Below the pieces are notes generated by a model that was not told where the DNA came from, ran no database searches, and was given only the letters and a program-made list of their open reading frames with translations. Made by a program: the position numbers and the translations under genes. DNA of 64,000 nucleotides from a virus. Taxonomy: Duplodnaviria > Caudoviricetes. The DNA lies in the IMG/VR virus record IMGVR_UViG_2974549060_000001, positions 11,765 through 75,764 of that record; one strand, 5' to 3'. Each line of letters opens with the position of its first letter. Position 1 is the first letter of the stretch. This document shows, one piece after another, positions 1 through 9,653 of this stretch.

Positions 1-309
1 AGTTTCTGCTGCTTGTTTAGCTTTCGCTTCATCTGCTGCAATTTCCTCTTTGGTGCGACGTTTACGACGCTTTTTATCAGGAGTTGCTGCATCAGCATTA
101 CCGGTGGCCTTCGGCTCATCTTCGACTACCGGATCGGTGTCGTCATCGTCGAAAGTGCCCTGCGGAACTTCTTCGCCAACGCCAGCAACAGCTTTGATTT
201 CACCGTTGATTGGCCCGATATGAATTTCGACTGGTGCCAGGTTAGTCTCGTGCTTCAAGCCTAACAGAACAAGGCGAAGGATATCGTCGGTGGACAGAAT
301 GATTTGCAT
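1..309 (-). CDS. hypothetical protein, cut by window edge
   Basis: Translated by hand from ATG at 309: MQIILSTDDILRLVLLG...DKKRRKRRTKEEIAADEAKAKQAAET, open to base 1; not in the ORF track. Confidence 0.75.
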   Translation of the reverse strand, partial: MQIILSTDDILRLVLLGLKHETNLAPVEIHIGPINGEIKAVAGVGEEVPQGTFDDDDTDPVVEDEPKATGNADAATPDKKRRKRRTKEEIAADEAKAKQAAET

Positions 310-314
310 CTGGA

Positions 315-878
315 TTATTCCTTACTGGCTAACATAGCCATTGATTTAAATAGATCGGTTTCCATCGCTGCGTAGATCGCTGCAATGGCATCAGCCATAT
401 GCTCGGCAAGGCTGGCATTCACCTTACCACCGCGCATAGGCCAGGGTGCCTCCGGGTGCTTAGCCATTGCCCAGGCAATCGCCTGAGCTTTGGTAGCTTC
501 GCGTGTACCGGTAATTACCTTTCTGGTTTCAATGGCACTCACTTCCACCATTGGGATCTGAGTGTTCGAAGCCAGAGACAGGATACCGATGCACACGCCA
601 TAACCGGCCATAGCACGAGCTGACTGGCTCCCGTGAGGGACTTCTGCTGCTATGAGGTCACATTGCCTCATGCGAGCGATGAAGCCCTTAGAGAGCTGTT
701 TAGCGCGCTCTAAATCCTCAGAACTCTTTCGAGTCCCTTTGGTCTTCTCAATAACCGGCCTTATAACGTCAAGGTATAAGATCTCAACCTTTTTCACTAT
801 TGGGTTATATAACCCTTCGGCAATGCCCCAGTTACTAAACGATGGGTCACAACCCAGGATCCTTAAACCCTTAGCCAT
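315..878 (-). CDS. RuvC-like Holliday junction resolvase
   Basis: RILGCDPSFSNWG (first catalytic Asp), AAEVP and HMADAIAAIYA motifs; start moved to MAKGL at 878. Confidence 0.85.
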   Translation of the reverse strand: MAKGLRILGCDPSFSNWGIAEGLYNPIVKKVEILYLDVIRPVIEKTKGTRKSSEDLERAKQLSKGFIARMRQCDLIAAEVPHGSQSARAMAGYGVCIGILSLASNTQIPMVEVSAIETRKVITGTREATKAQAIAWAMAKHPEAPWPMRGGKVNASLAEHMADAIAAIYAAMETDLFKSMAMLASKE

Positions 879-1209
879 CAGCTTGCTCGCTTTCTTCGGC
901 TGACGCCTCCGAAGCGACAAGCTGGAATGGCAGCTTAGCGAAGATTTCACCAGCTACCTGCACACCGGCAACGAATGCCTGGCGTTCAGACGGAGTGAGG
1001 CTACGCTCTTTGCCGTGGATGAAGGCTTTGATATTGACTTCCTTCGGCGGATTGCTGGCTAGAGCAATCTGCTTCTGCCCATCAGTGTGCCAGTCCACCA
1101 TAAGTTGTGCGAATAGATCCAGATTTTGAACAGGCAGCGGGATTACCCCTTTACCATTTGGAGAAGTAGAAGCATGCATATGCTCAGCAAATAATTCGTT
1201 ATGGCTCAT
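871..1209 (-). CDS. hypothetical protein
   Basis: ORF start moved to MSHNELF (RBS GAGG), which lies downstream of the SSB terminator. Confidence 0.7.
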   Translation of the reverse strand: MSHNELFAEHMHASTSPNGKGVIPLPVQNLDLFAQLMVDWHTDGQKQIALASNPPKEVNIKAFIHGKERSLTPSERQAFVAGVQVAGEIFAKLPFQLVASEASAEESEQADG

Positions 1210-1232
1210 AAAAACCTCTGGTTTACATAGAT

Positions 1233-1256
1233 AAAAAAGCCCACCGAAGTGGGCTT
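1233..1256 (-). terminator. intrinsic terminator after SSB
   Basis: AAGCCCAC-TTCG-GTGGGCTTTTTT on the minus strand. Confidence 0.85.
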
Positions 1257-1272
1257 CACTCAAGCCAGATTA

Positions 1273-2037
1273 TTACAGGAACAGATCCGACTGGCCAGCG
1301 GTAGTACCGGCAGGTTCGCCTGCACCGCCTGCGAACGCACCACCAGGAGCACCGGAAGTACCAGCCTGGCTGACAGCTTTGAACTTGTCGTTCGGTTTAC
1401 CCTGCCATTTGTCCAGCCACTCTTTGATAAAGACGGCTTCGGTTTTTTTGGCAATGATTTCACCGACAGTCATGTCGTCGCGGTCGCGGAAGAACTTATC
1501 CAGCTCATTGCTGGTACGTTTTTCGTTGGTCGGTTCGTACTGACCGGTAGACTGGTTTTTCGAGTTTTTGTTTTCGATAACTTCGAGCACACCGGCTTTG
1601 ATGACTTTGCCGATCAGCGGCATCAGCATCGGTACGTCGGTAGGCACTTCTTTTTTCAGCTCGTAGTTATAGAGGTTGATGGTTTTCTGCTCGGTAAGAT
1701 CCTGGAGAGTAACCAGTGGCTTACCAGCAGCTAACAGGCAGAGGCTATCCATAGACTGGAAGCCCGGCAGATATTTCAGTTCGCCGGTCTGCTTGTCTTT
1801 GTATTTGATGGAACCCTGCTTGTTTGACACGTAAGTGGTAAAGCGGTGTTTGTTGCCAGTCGCAACGTTTTTCAGCTCCAAGTTGACAGCTTTCGCGCCA
1901 CCAGCAGATTTACTGAAATACGCTAACAGAATTTCGAACTGATACACGTCAGAGGTCAGGGTTTTAAAACCACCACCTACAACGTCTTTTTCTACCGCAT
2001 TACCTGCATCGTACTCTGCACTATCTAAAAAGCCCAT
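1273..2037 (-). CDS. N4-type single-stranded DNA-binding protein (gp45-like)
   Basis: 254 aa, between the Sak4-like ATPase and RuvC as in N4; Gly/Ala-rich C-terminal tail. Confidence 0.75.
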   Translation of the reverse strand: MGFLDSAEYDAGNAVEKDVVGGGFKTLTSDVYQFEILLAYFSKSAGGAKAVNLELKNVATGNKHRFTTYVSNKQGSIKYKDKQTGELKYLPGFQSMDSLCLLAAGKPLVTLQDLTEQKTINLYNYELKKEVPTDVPMLMPLIGKVIKAGVLEVIENKNSKNQSTGQYEPTNEKRTSNELDKFFRDRDDMTVGEIIAKKTEAVFIKEWLDKWQGKPNDKFKAVSQAGTSGAPGGAFAGGAGEPAGTTAGQSDLFL

Positions 2038-2054
2038 AACATTACCTTTCTGGT

Positions 2055-2591
2055 TTATTTTTCGGATCCGTGATTCTCACTAAATCCGAGTTCAATTAAT
2101 TTTTTGCGTCTGGTTTCAACAGCCTCAGCCGCAGTCACGAACGATTTCTGATACACCTTCTTACCGTCCATCGTTATCTCAGCAACATAGCGATTCCTGC
2201 GCTTGTTGTACCACACGCCCTGGTGACCAGTAACTGTATCCCTCAGTGCAGCCTTGTTTCGCATGTTCTGCTTAAAGGTTATGTCCTGGAGGTTGTCGAT
2301 CCAGTTATGGTCACGAACCTGGTCTTTATGGTCGATCTGTCCCTCTGGCCATCTACCGTAGTAGATGAACCAGCTAAGGATGTGTTCCGGGTAGCTCTTA
2401 CCAAAAATGGTTATGCTACGATACCCCGTACTTGGAGTTTTACTCCCAGCACGAGAACCGAGAACAATTCCCTTATTATGAAACTTACCAATCCAAACAA
2501 GATGTCCAGTATTAGGGTCATATTCCAGTACCGATTTTAACAGTTGTTGGGTTAGATCTTCTTTACGTAGTCGCATCACCGTAATACTCAT
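2055..2591 (-). CDS. HNH-AP2 homing endonuclease
   Basis: YDPNTGHL N-terminus; GRWPEGQIDHKDQVRDHNWIDNL HNH core; GHQGVWYNKRRNRYVAEI AP2 domain. Confidence 0.9.
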   Translation of the reverse strand: MSITVMRLRKEDLTQQLLKSVLEYDPNTGHLVWIGKFHNKGIVLGSRAGSKTPSTGYRSITIFGKSYPEHILSWFIYYGRWPEGQIDHKDQVRDHNWIDNLQDITFKQNMRNKAALRDTVTGHQGVWYNKRRNRYVAEITMDGKKVYQKSFVTAAEAVETRRKKLIELGFSENHGSEK

Positions 2592-3300
2592 GCAGGCGGT
2601 CTAAGACCAGTTGCATGTCATTATCAATGAATGTTTCGTTTGCCGCAAATAGACCCATAGGGCCACGGAGTCTCTCGTTCACCGTGTCTTTTGTGATCAT
2701 CGTCTGAAATACATACTTGAAGCCCAGAGCTTCTTCCTGCGGAGTGATCGTCAGCAAGCCAGACTTGTACTCTTCGAGGTCAGTCAGCTTTTTCTTTTTG
2801 GCTGCGATAACGCATGAGAAGTAGGATTCAATCCCGTTATTTTTCAGAGAACCTTTAACAGGTACGGAAGTCTCTCGCACCATCTCGTCAGTCACATCGT
2901 CCTTAACATGGGCGGTGAAGATGACGTTCTTGGTGGACTTAGCTACCAGATCCTGCATCAGGTATTTGAAGAACTGAGCGAAGTTCGACCAGCCTTCCAT
3001 TTTATTTGCCAGGGGCAGCACATACTTACTCTCATACATATCGAGTAGATACGTCAGACTGTCCACCACGATGGTGTGAATCTCTGGCTTGGACTCCGCA
3101 GCAGTAAACATCTGCGGGATGTGTTTGATCGGATCCGTGATCACTCGTTCAATGAACTTTGAACGGAACGGTAATTTCTTACCGGCTTCGCAGTTCAGGT
3201 AGAGAACCCCTTCGGGATTCTTAATGTTACGCAGCGATGCAGATTTGCCATTCGCAGCTTTACCTACCAGCAGGACGAGGTTGTCATTGGTATGGGACAT
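2563..3300 (-). CDS. AAA_24 / Sak4-like ATPase (N4 gp44-like)
   Basis: Walker A GKAANGKS, Walker B IVVDSLT, VIFTAH motif. Confidence 0.85.
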   Translation of the reverse strand: MSHTNDNLVLLVGKAANGKSASLRNIKNPEGVLYLNCEAGKKLPFRSKFIERVITDPIKHIPQMFTAAESKPEIHTIVVDSLTYLLDMYESKYVLPLANKMEGWSNFAQFFKYLMQDLVAKSTKNVIFTAHVKDDVTDEMVRETSVPVKGSLKNNGIESYFSCVIAAKKKKLTDLEEYKSGLLTITPQEEALGFKYVFQTMITKDTVNERLRGPMGLFAANETFIDNDMQLVLDRLHEYYGDATT

Positions 3301-3551
3301 TAATCTTCACCTCCCAACACTTCCACGTAAATTTCGTTAGGGTCTTCACCGCGTTGCTCGCAGTGTTCTTCCCATAACGCCCAATGCTCACCGAGAAAGT
3401 CTCGGAGACTCACAATCTGATCTTCGTCCACCGGTTGTATTACCTCTTCTGGATTATCGGGTGGTTGAGTCCACCCACATGGGCAATCATGGCATTCACC
3501 ATCTCCACCCATTAAATAATTTCCGCATGATCCGCAGTACAGCTTTTTCAC
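3300..3551 (-). CDS. small zinc-ribbon hypothetical protein
   Basis: CGSC...CHDCPC motif; GTG start at 3551 with RBS AAGGAGG. Confidence 0.7.
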   Translation of the reverse strand: MKKLYCGSCGNYLMGGDGECHDCPCGWTQPPDNPEEVIQPVDEDQIVSLRDFLGEHWALWEEHCEQRGEDPNEIYVEVLGGED

Positions 3552-3568
3552 GCTTTCCTCCTTAAAGA

Positions 3569-3586
3569 TGCCCCCCGAAGGGGGCA
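3569..3586 (-). terminator. hairpin with C(UUCG)G loop, probable terminator
   Basis: TGCCCCC-TTCG-GGGGGCA followed by TCTTT on the minus strand. Confidence 0.55.
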
Positions 3587-3614
3587 AGGCCACACAACGA
3601 GCGGAAGCTCGTTA

Positions 3615-4163
3615 TTACTTAAAGCCGTCTACGACAGACTTAAAGATAAAGTCTTTCGCTTTCTGATCGGCTGGCAGGTCGGCATACGGCAGGAAGCAAG
3701 GATGTTCCTTCTTCTCTACGTCTTTGACCGGGCCATACTTCCAGCCATCGGCTTCTTTAACAGCCAGCCGGCTTTCGTGGGATTGCTCCGGAGTAACGTC
3801 GTTTGCCAGATGGAAACGGACGCCAGCACGGGCAGACTCTTTCTGCCACTCCGGTGCTTCATCCCAGCTTGACTGAGAATTGTCGCCCAGAGATTGGCAG
3901 TAACCACGATTAGCAGAGTGTGCAGCACGGCTGATAAGCTCTACCAGATATGATTCGACTTCGGTATTACCGGCATCGAACACACCTTTCGGTGACCAGG
4001 AGTGATACTCTTCCGGGGTGTCTTTGGAGTACACCACCAGATAGCCTTCGCTACCTGGGTCACCAATCAGATCTGGTTTCTTGGCGTGTTCTTTGAACTC
4101 GCCCAGAGTCATCGGTGCTGCCCACACCAGTTTATGGCTTTGGTACTGTTTAAGTTCTGACAT
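3615..4163 (-). CDS. two-domain protein: N-terminal GYLVxY...SWSPK domain plus C-terminal RyR (ryanodine receptor repeat) domain
   Basis: AAHSANRGYC..WDEAPEWQKESA..TPEQSHE..GWKYGPVKDVEKKEHPCFLPYADLPADQKAKD is the phage RyR-domain pattern. Confidence 0.8.
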   Translation of the reverse strand: MSELKQYQSHKLVWAAPMTLGEFKEHAKKPDLIGDPGSEGYLVVYSKDTPEEYHSWSPKGVFDAGNTEVESYLVELISRAAHSANRGYCQSLGDNSQSSWDEAPEWQKESARAGVRFHLANDVTPEQSHESRLAVKEADGWKYGPVKDVEKKEHPCFLPYADLPADQKAKDFIFKSVVDGFK

Positions 4164-4170
4164 GTTTACC

Positions 4171-6333
4171 TCAAGGATGAGCCAGTTTTTTGGAAACGGT
4201 GATCATGATGGAGCCATTGATTTCTGCTTCATCAAGTTTGTCCGGCAGTTTGTTATTGAGGTCAATCACGCGAGCGCGAATACCCTCAAAGTCAAAGCCA
4301 GCATCAATAAGAATGGTGGCATAACGCAGCAACATGTTGTTGCGGTTACCATCACCTGTATTGTTGATAACCCAACGTTCCAGGTTATCCAGTTGCTGTT
4401 GGCTACCCAGCAGTTCTTTACGGTCTTCGTTCTTACTGGTTTTCGGGATGAATGGTAGTACATCAAACATCTCACCGTCCTGGTACTCAAAGTGCCCCTT
4501 ATTAGACAGCCACTTTTTACAGCGGTGCTTACAGGACTCGTCCACTTCAAACGGTAATCCTTCGATTACGTTCGTCATAAACTCTTTGTATTCCTTCGCA
4601 TCCATGTACAGCTCATAGTTGACTGGCATGATGATACGGAAACGGTTGGCTTGATCGGTGTGACGCTTGGTCGTATAGAACAACGCCTTCTGCCCCTGGA
4701 GTAACAGCTTGGCCGTACTCAGTTGCATGGTGCCGTCGATATCCAGCACGATGAGGTTGAAGCCAGGAATGGCGTTCTCTTCGTTCCGGTATCCGCTCGC
4801 AACGTGGTGGTTCAGCCAGTGTACACCATCGGTTGTCACCATCTGGTGCAGCTTGTCGAACGGTGCTCGCCGGGCCTGATAACCAGTAGTCATATCCTGG
4901 TTTTGGGTATAAGCCAGAATCATCTCAGCAAGATCAGTTTTCTTAAGGGTTTCACCCCGTAGGAACTGAATGCCGTCGTTAAACGACTTCTTGATGATGA
5001 CGTTATTTTTATAACCCCAGGCAGTTGCCATAGTGATCATTTCGTCTTTCTGGTTACGACCCCCACGGAAATATGGCAGGTCTTCATCCAGGTCAGCGAG
5101 AGTCACTTCGTTCTTGGTGGTAGCCAGATACTTCGCCAACTTGACGTAAGGGCGCTCTGGAGTCATCAGCTTGGCAAATGCCTCACCTGATTCTTCCACC
5201 AGCTTAATGGCATTCTCCAGGTGATCCTGGGTAATGACCGCCGATTCGTCAACGAAGGCATAGGCCGCAGCCAGCTTCAACGTCTTGAAGTAGCGATGAT
5301 CCATTTCGCTTTTCTTAACGCTTTCGTGTTCGCTGTATTCAGCTCCCCGTTCTTCGCATAACAGACGATAGCGAAGCAGCTCCAGACATACCGGCTCCGG
5401 GATGAATACCTTTTTACGGACATTCGCCACGTCAGCCAGACGGCCTAACTGGGTGCTGAGATCTTCGATGAAGTTGTTGCCCGCAGCATTGAACATCTGG
5501 GCCATCATCTCTTCTGCCGTTACGCCAGCTTTCTTCTTGCTGCCAATAACGAATCCGAACAGACAGCGGCGGGCATACCCCATTTCCAGCATGTCATTAA
5601 GACGACGCTCGGTAATGTCACCATCAAACAGCTTGGTCGGAGTACCGAACAGCAGCATATTGGTTGGGGTTGTGCCAGTGAGTCGCTCATGGCGAACGTT
5701 CTCGCTGGTGGACTTGACCAGCTTTTCCTTGACCATACCCAGGTCATAAAGTTCCAGGAAGGTGTCCAGCACTTCGGTTTGACCTACGAGGTTTGCACCT
5801 ACTTCATCAATCTGGAGGTTAACCGCCCCGGCATTACCCATCAGCAACTTGTGTCGCATCTGCTTAACTGCCGGGGTGGTGCCTGAGTCAAAGCTGAATA
5901 ACAGGGAACCCAGACTGTCGAACTCTTTGCGCACCGCATTAAGTTCGTCATTTGGATCAACCGTGAAGTCAGCAGTGCTCTTACGGGTTGCACGTTTGTG
6001 AGCCAGTTCCAGTAAGTGTTGCTCTGCAATCTCTGGGAACGTATATTCCAGGAAGTTTTCCCGGAACTGGTTTACGATCTCACGTTCGATGAGACTGGTT
6101 GAATAACCTTTACCGGTGCCTGACGGCGACAGGTTCAGGGCATAGATATTGATCGGCAGACTGCCCCGGTCAAAACCGTGGATTTCAGCACGCATTGACG
6201 ATGCAATTTGTGCCCAGTAATACGCCAGTACCACACGGAAGAATAACCGCTCTTGATTCTGGGTTTTAGTGCAGAGAATATCGACGACCTGCTCCGACAT
6301 TGGATGATAGGCCATCTCACTTACTGGTTTCAT
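4171..6333 (-). CDS. N4-type DNA primase (gp43-like)
   Basis: 720 aa; PSGTGKG P-loop; VLDID and YTTKRH primase-polymerase motifs; GDGNRNNML C-terminal domain. Confidence 0.85.
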   Translation of the reverse strand: MKPVSEMAYHPMSEQVVDILCTKTQNQERLFFRVVLAYYWAQIASSMRAEIHGFDRGSLPINIYALNLSPSGTGKGYSTSLIEREIVNQFRENFLEYTFPEIAEQHLLELAHKRATRKSTADFTVDPNDELNAVRKEFDSLGSLLFSFDSGTTPAVKQMRHKLLMGNAGAVNLQIDEVGANLVGQTEVLDTFLELYDLGMVKEKLVKSTSENVRHERLTGTTPTNMLLFGTPTKLFDGDITERRLNDMLEMGYARRCLFGFVIGSKKKAGVTAEEMMAQMFNAAGNNFIEDLSTQLGRLADVANVRKKVFIPEPVCLELLRYRLLCEERGAEYSEHESVKKSEMDHRYFKTLKLAAAYAFVDESAVITQDHLENAIKLVEESGEAFAKLMTPERPYVKLAKYLATTKNEVTLADLDEDLPYFRGGRNQKDEMITMATAWGYKNNVIIKKSFNDGIQFLRGETLKKTDLAEMILAYTQNQDMTTGYQARRAPFDKLHQMVTTDGVHWLNHHVASGYRNEENAIPGFNLIVLDIDGTMQLSTAKLLLQGQKALFYTTKRHTDQANRFRIIMPVNYELYMDAKEYKEFMTNVIEGLPFEVDESCKHRCKKWLSNKGHFEYQDGEMFDVLPFIPKTSKNEDRKELLGSQQQLDNLERWVINNTGDGNRNNMLLRYATILIDAGFDFEGIRARVIDLNNKLPDKLDEAEINGSIMITVSKKLAHP

Positions 6334-6343
6334 TGGGTCACTC

Positions 6344-7333
6344 CTAATCGAGGATAAGGTCGCCAGACTCGACCAATTTATCCTTTTGTTTACAAACGGT
6401 GAATGCAGGGCAGTATTTACACGCCCCGACCTGACCTCGTACTTCTACGACTTCACCCTTACCACCTTTGCTCTGCCAGAAGGCAATTGCTTCACCTTCA
6501 TCAGCGAAGTTTTTGGTGGCACGGGCTTTGTTGGCCGGGTTGCTGTAATACTTCCAGACCGGTTCGCTACGCCATAATTCGTCGTCAGTACATTCAGGGA
6601 TTTCTTCATCTGGCTTATTCATGTATTCCAGAATCTGCTTCAAGCGATTCAGAACATAAGCCTCTGTATCTTCCACTGACATGAGCTTGTACTTACGTGG
6701 CATCATGCGTCGGGCTGGGTACTTAGGATCAGAACGGGACATTCCACGCTGCCAGTCAGTAAAGATGAACTGAATGGTGAGTACATCCTTCGTAATAATC
6801 TCTGGGTTAAGCCAGCGATAGATTGAGCCTTGCAGGATATAGTCTTCATCCTTCCGGCCTTTAATCCAGGTGTAAACACTGGTTGACTTAAAGTCTTCCA
6901 GTCCACCATCACCCACAAAGTCGAACTTACCTGAGACACGGAATCCCATCAGCTCTTTAAAGCTGCGGAGTTCCATGTAAACAGGGATGCTGTCCGGTTT
7001 GAGGTCTTCGGGTTTGGGGTTGAACACTATACGTTCAATAATGTTCGGGGGATACCCCAAATCCTGGAGTGCCTGCACACGAGTTTTCTCGTCTGACCAG
7101 GCTTTCTCGATACCATCGTGAACGGCTGTACCAAAACGGGCAGCAATGAAATCCTCAAGATCGGGGATATCAGCACCCTGGGGTACACGACGGGCCAGAA
7201 TATACTGGCGTAAAGGTCGAATCAGTGACGTAGCCGAAATGGTCTTCGGGATATAGTCATAATGATCGACGGCGAGAAATAGAGCTACCGACAACGGGAT
7301 ATTCTCCCGGTTGGTAATCTTGCGCTTTCCCAT
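6344..7333 (-). CDS. PD-(D/E)XK / Cas4-like exonuclease (N4 gp42-like)
   Basis: FGTAVH, SGKFDF..LEDFKST, CKYCPAFTVC. Confidence 0.85.
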   Translation of the reverse strand: MGKRKITNRENIPLSVALFLAVDHYDYIPKTISATSLIRPLRQYILARRVPQGADIPDLEDFIAARFGTAVHDGIEKAWSDEKTRVQALQDLGYPPNIIERIVFNPKPEDLKPDSIPVYMELRSFKELMGFRVSGKFDFVGDGGLEDFKSTSVYTWIKGRKDEDYILQGSIYRWLNPEIITKDVLTIQFIFTDWQRGMSRSDPKYPARRMMPRKYKLMSVEDTEAYVLNRLKQILEYMNKPDEEIPECTDDELWRSEPVWKYYSNPANKARATKNFADEGEAIAFWQSKGGKGEVVEVRGQVGACKYCPAFTVCKQKDKLVESGDLILD

Positions 7334-7857
7334 TACTGTTCCTCACGTTTAGCCTTACTTAAGATCCGGCCAGCGTAATGAACCATTTTCTCGGCATCAT
7401 AAACACCCTTCTGGCCTGGTTTTCCGTTACCCTGCCGGGCAGCGGCTGTACGCCATAGAGCCTTGAAGATACAACCTTCATCGAAAGTCATACCCAGTGC
7501 CTGGATAATATCCTCGCACTCGGCCATATAAGCATCTTGTTCCTCACGCTGAGGACTCTCAACGTAAGCGAGGTAGTAATTAACTCTACTACCAGTCAGC
7601 TCAGGTGTCTCTGATGGAGTCGCTGTCGCTTCCTCTTCGGCTATGCCTTCGAGTTGCTCCAGCTCCAGAGCGTATTTCTGAACTTGCCCACTCCAGTAAG
7701 CTACCTTACGTGGGTTGCAGGACATTTTCAGGCAGTTACGAGCATCGTGCAGACGCTCTTTAACAGAAGCGATAGCACGTTCTTTTTTAGTTCTACGAAC
7801 CTGTGGCATTTCCCACTCCGCATTCATAATTTTGGGGGAGAGTTCAGGATATTTCAT
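7333..7857 (-). CDS. protein with C-terminal DUF3310-like domain (T7 gp1.7 nucleotide kinase family)
   Basis: ECEDIIQALGMTFDEGCIFKALWR...DAEKMVHY pattern. Confidence 0.55.
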   Translation of the reverse strand: MKYPELSPKIMNAEWEMPQVRRTKKERAIASVKERLHDARNCLKMSCNPRKVAYWSGQVQKYALELEQLEGIAEEEATATPSETPELTGSRVNYYLAYVESPQREEQDAYMAECEDIIQALGMTFDEGCIFKALWRTAAARQGNGKPGQKGVYDAEKMVHYAGRILSKAKREEQ

Positions 7858-7882
7858 ACCTGTTCCTATGCCCGGAAGGGCA

Positions 7883-8050
7883 TTACTTACGCTTAACCTG
7901 TAGTGACAATCCGTGTTTATAGGCCCAGCCCTTAATCCTTTCTGGCTTACAGTTCAGGATCTTTGCCATGATATCTACTGATACCTTACCGGCTTTATCA
8001 AAGACGTATCTTTGTTCTGCCGGCGACAATTGGCTGTACTTCTTGCCCAC
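7883..8050 (-). CDS. 55-aa HTH-like protein
   Basis: Not in the ORF track; GTG start with RBS GAGG: VGKKYSQLSPAEQRYVFDKAGKVSVDIMAKILNCKPERIKGWAYKHGLSLQVKRK. Confidence 0.7.
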   Translation of the reverse strand: MGKKYSQLSPAEQRYVFDKAGKVSVDIMAKILNCKPERIKGWAYKHGLSLQVKRK

Positions 8051-8057
8051 GGTTACC

Positions 8058-8825
8058 TCAACGAGTTAGTGCGGCCCAGGAGACTGGGTACAGTGGTTCG
8101 ACAACGGCTTTGACCAGTTCAGCAAGCTCCTGGTTTTCACCTTGAGCATGTGGGTCAGAGCGTTTGTTATAAAAGTTTGCGTAGGCAAACAGGTTACCAG
8201 TCCAAAGCCAGTTAACCATTGCACCTTGCGGTAGTACCAGACGGGCTTGCTCTGGGGCAACATTGTATCCCAGCATCTGTTCGTACAGACGGACGGCACT
8301 GGTGGTCTGAGCGATATACTCACGCTGAATCAGCTCGTTCATCGGATGTAGACCGCCACTACCCTGTTTAATCGAACCTTTTGGTTTGGTACGGAACTCC
8401 GGCAGGAAGATCTCTGGGGTACTGGTGATATAACGACGGGACTCTTCGTTTTCAACCAGTCCCTGTTTGTGCTTAAAGCACTGGGTACGGATTGGGATCG
8501 GTGCCTTCATGCTGATACTGATTGCAGTATGGGCGAAAGGCGTCCAGTGTGTAGCCTGATGACGGATCTGGTTATACAGCTCCAGAGCATCCCCGATACC
8601 GTCATAGTCTTCACCGTCAAAGCCACGGGCGATATAGTCAATAACCTTATCGCATTCTTCAGTACGCAAACCATAAGCCAGGAATTTGATTAGGTTAATA
8701 TCCTTCTGGACTAAGGGTTGGTCTGAGGGCTTAACCGCTCCAATACCAAAGGACAGACGGGCTGCATTGACCACCGACTTATCGGTGCCCATATGATCGA
8801 CATAAATTGCTGATTGTTGGGACAT
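8058..8825 (-). CDS. thyX: flavin-dependent thymidylate synthase
   Basis: MGTDKSVVNAARLSF, HWTPF, KHKQG...NEESRRY, PEQARLVLPQG. Confidence 0.92.
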   Translation of the reverse strand: MSQQSAIYVDHMGTDKSVVNAARLSFGIGAVKPSDQPLVQKDINLIKFLAYGLRTEECDKVIDYIARGFDGEDYDGIGDALELYNQIRHQATHWTPFAHTAISISMKAPIPIRTQCFKHKQGLVENEESRRYITSTPEIFLPEFRTKPKGSIKQGSGGLHPMNELIQREYIAQTTSAVRLYEQMLGYNVAPEQARLVLPQGAMVNWLWTGNLFAYANFYNKRSDPHAQGENQELAELVKAVVEPLYPVSWAALTR

Positions 8826-8922
8826 GGTATTTCTCCAGTTTATTACGCATTACCGGGCAGGGAACTGCCCACCGGTAGGAAAATAGTTTATGATTTAGGC
8901 ATTCGAATATAGGAGAGTAATC

Positions 8923-9642
8923 ATGAGTGATACCTCAATCATTCCTCAGAACACGACGTTAATTGACGTGTACTTGAAGAATCCGAATGGGCATCCACTT
9001 ACCCATACCCGTTTCATTGTTAAGCCAGTAAGAGCGGGCTATTGGAACGATTATGTTGGTGTTGTGGAAGATAAAGAGGAACTGTATTGTACGGATGAAA
9101 ATGGCTATGTGCAGCTACATTTGTGGCCTCTACCATATCCTTACATGCTGACCTATTCATATGATGACAATGCTGTACCGGGCTACTTTATGTTCTATGT
9201 ACCGGATACCCGCACCGTTGTTAATCTGCAAGATCTCATCGTTACTCAGACTAACGATCAGCCTACGTATGGTGAAGAGATCTTGGCTCAAATCGTAGCT
9301 GCTAAAGCTCAGGTAACTGCATTGGTCGATGAAGCTAAAGCTGCTGAATCTGGTGCGCAAGTTGCAGCGAGTGTTGCTACAACTGCTGCGATAAAAGCAA
9401 CTGAGAATGCCCAGTTGACTGATGTAGATCGAGAATATGTGAATGATGTGCAATTGACCTTACAAGCAATGTTTGGTCAAATGTCCGAAGCCATAATTAA
9501 AATTCAGGGTATCAATTTACAAAATAAATTGTTACTAGGTGGCTACCAACTATGGGTTGATGCTCAAGGTAGGTTGCGTATTAAAAATGGTGACCCGACT
9601 AGTGATACTGATGGCACTGTCGTGGGCACTCAAACTAGTTAA
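8923..9642 (+). CDS. short tail fibre / receptor-binding-protein anchor
   Basis: Ala-rich coiled-coil centre; C-terminal WVDAQGRLRIKNGDPTSDTDGTVVGTQT motif seen at tailspike C-termini. Confidence 0.65.
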   Translation: MSDTSIIPQNTTLIDVYLKNPNGHPLTHTRFIVKPVRAGYWNDYVGVVEDKEELYCTDENGYVQLHLWPLPYPYMLTYSYDDNAVPGYFMFYVPDTRTVVNLQDLIVTQTNDQPTYGEEILAQIVAAKAQVTALVDEAKAAESGAQVAASVATTAAIKATENAQLTDVDREYVNDVQLTLQAMFGQMSEAIIKIQGINLQNKLLLGGYQLWVDAQGRLRIKNGDPTSDTDGTVVGTQTS

Positions 9643-9653
9643 GGAGCAGTTAT

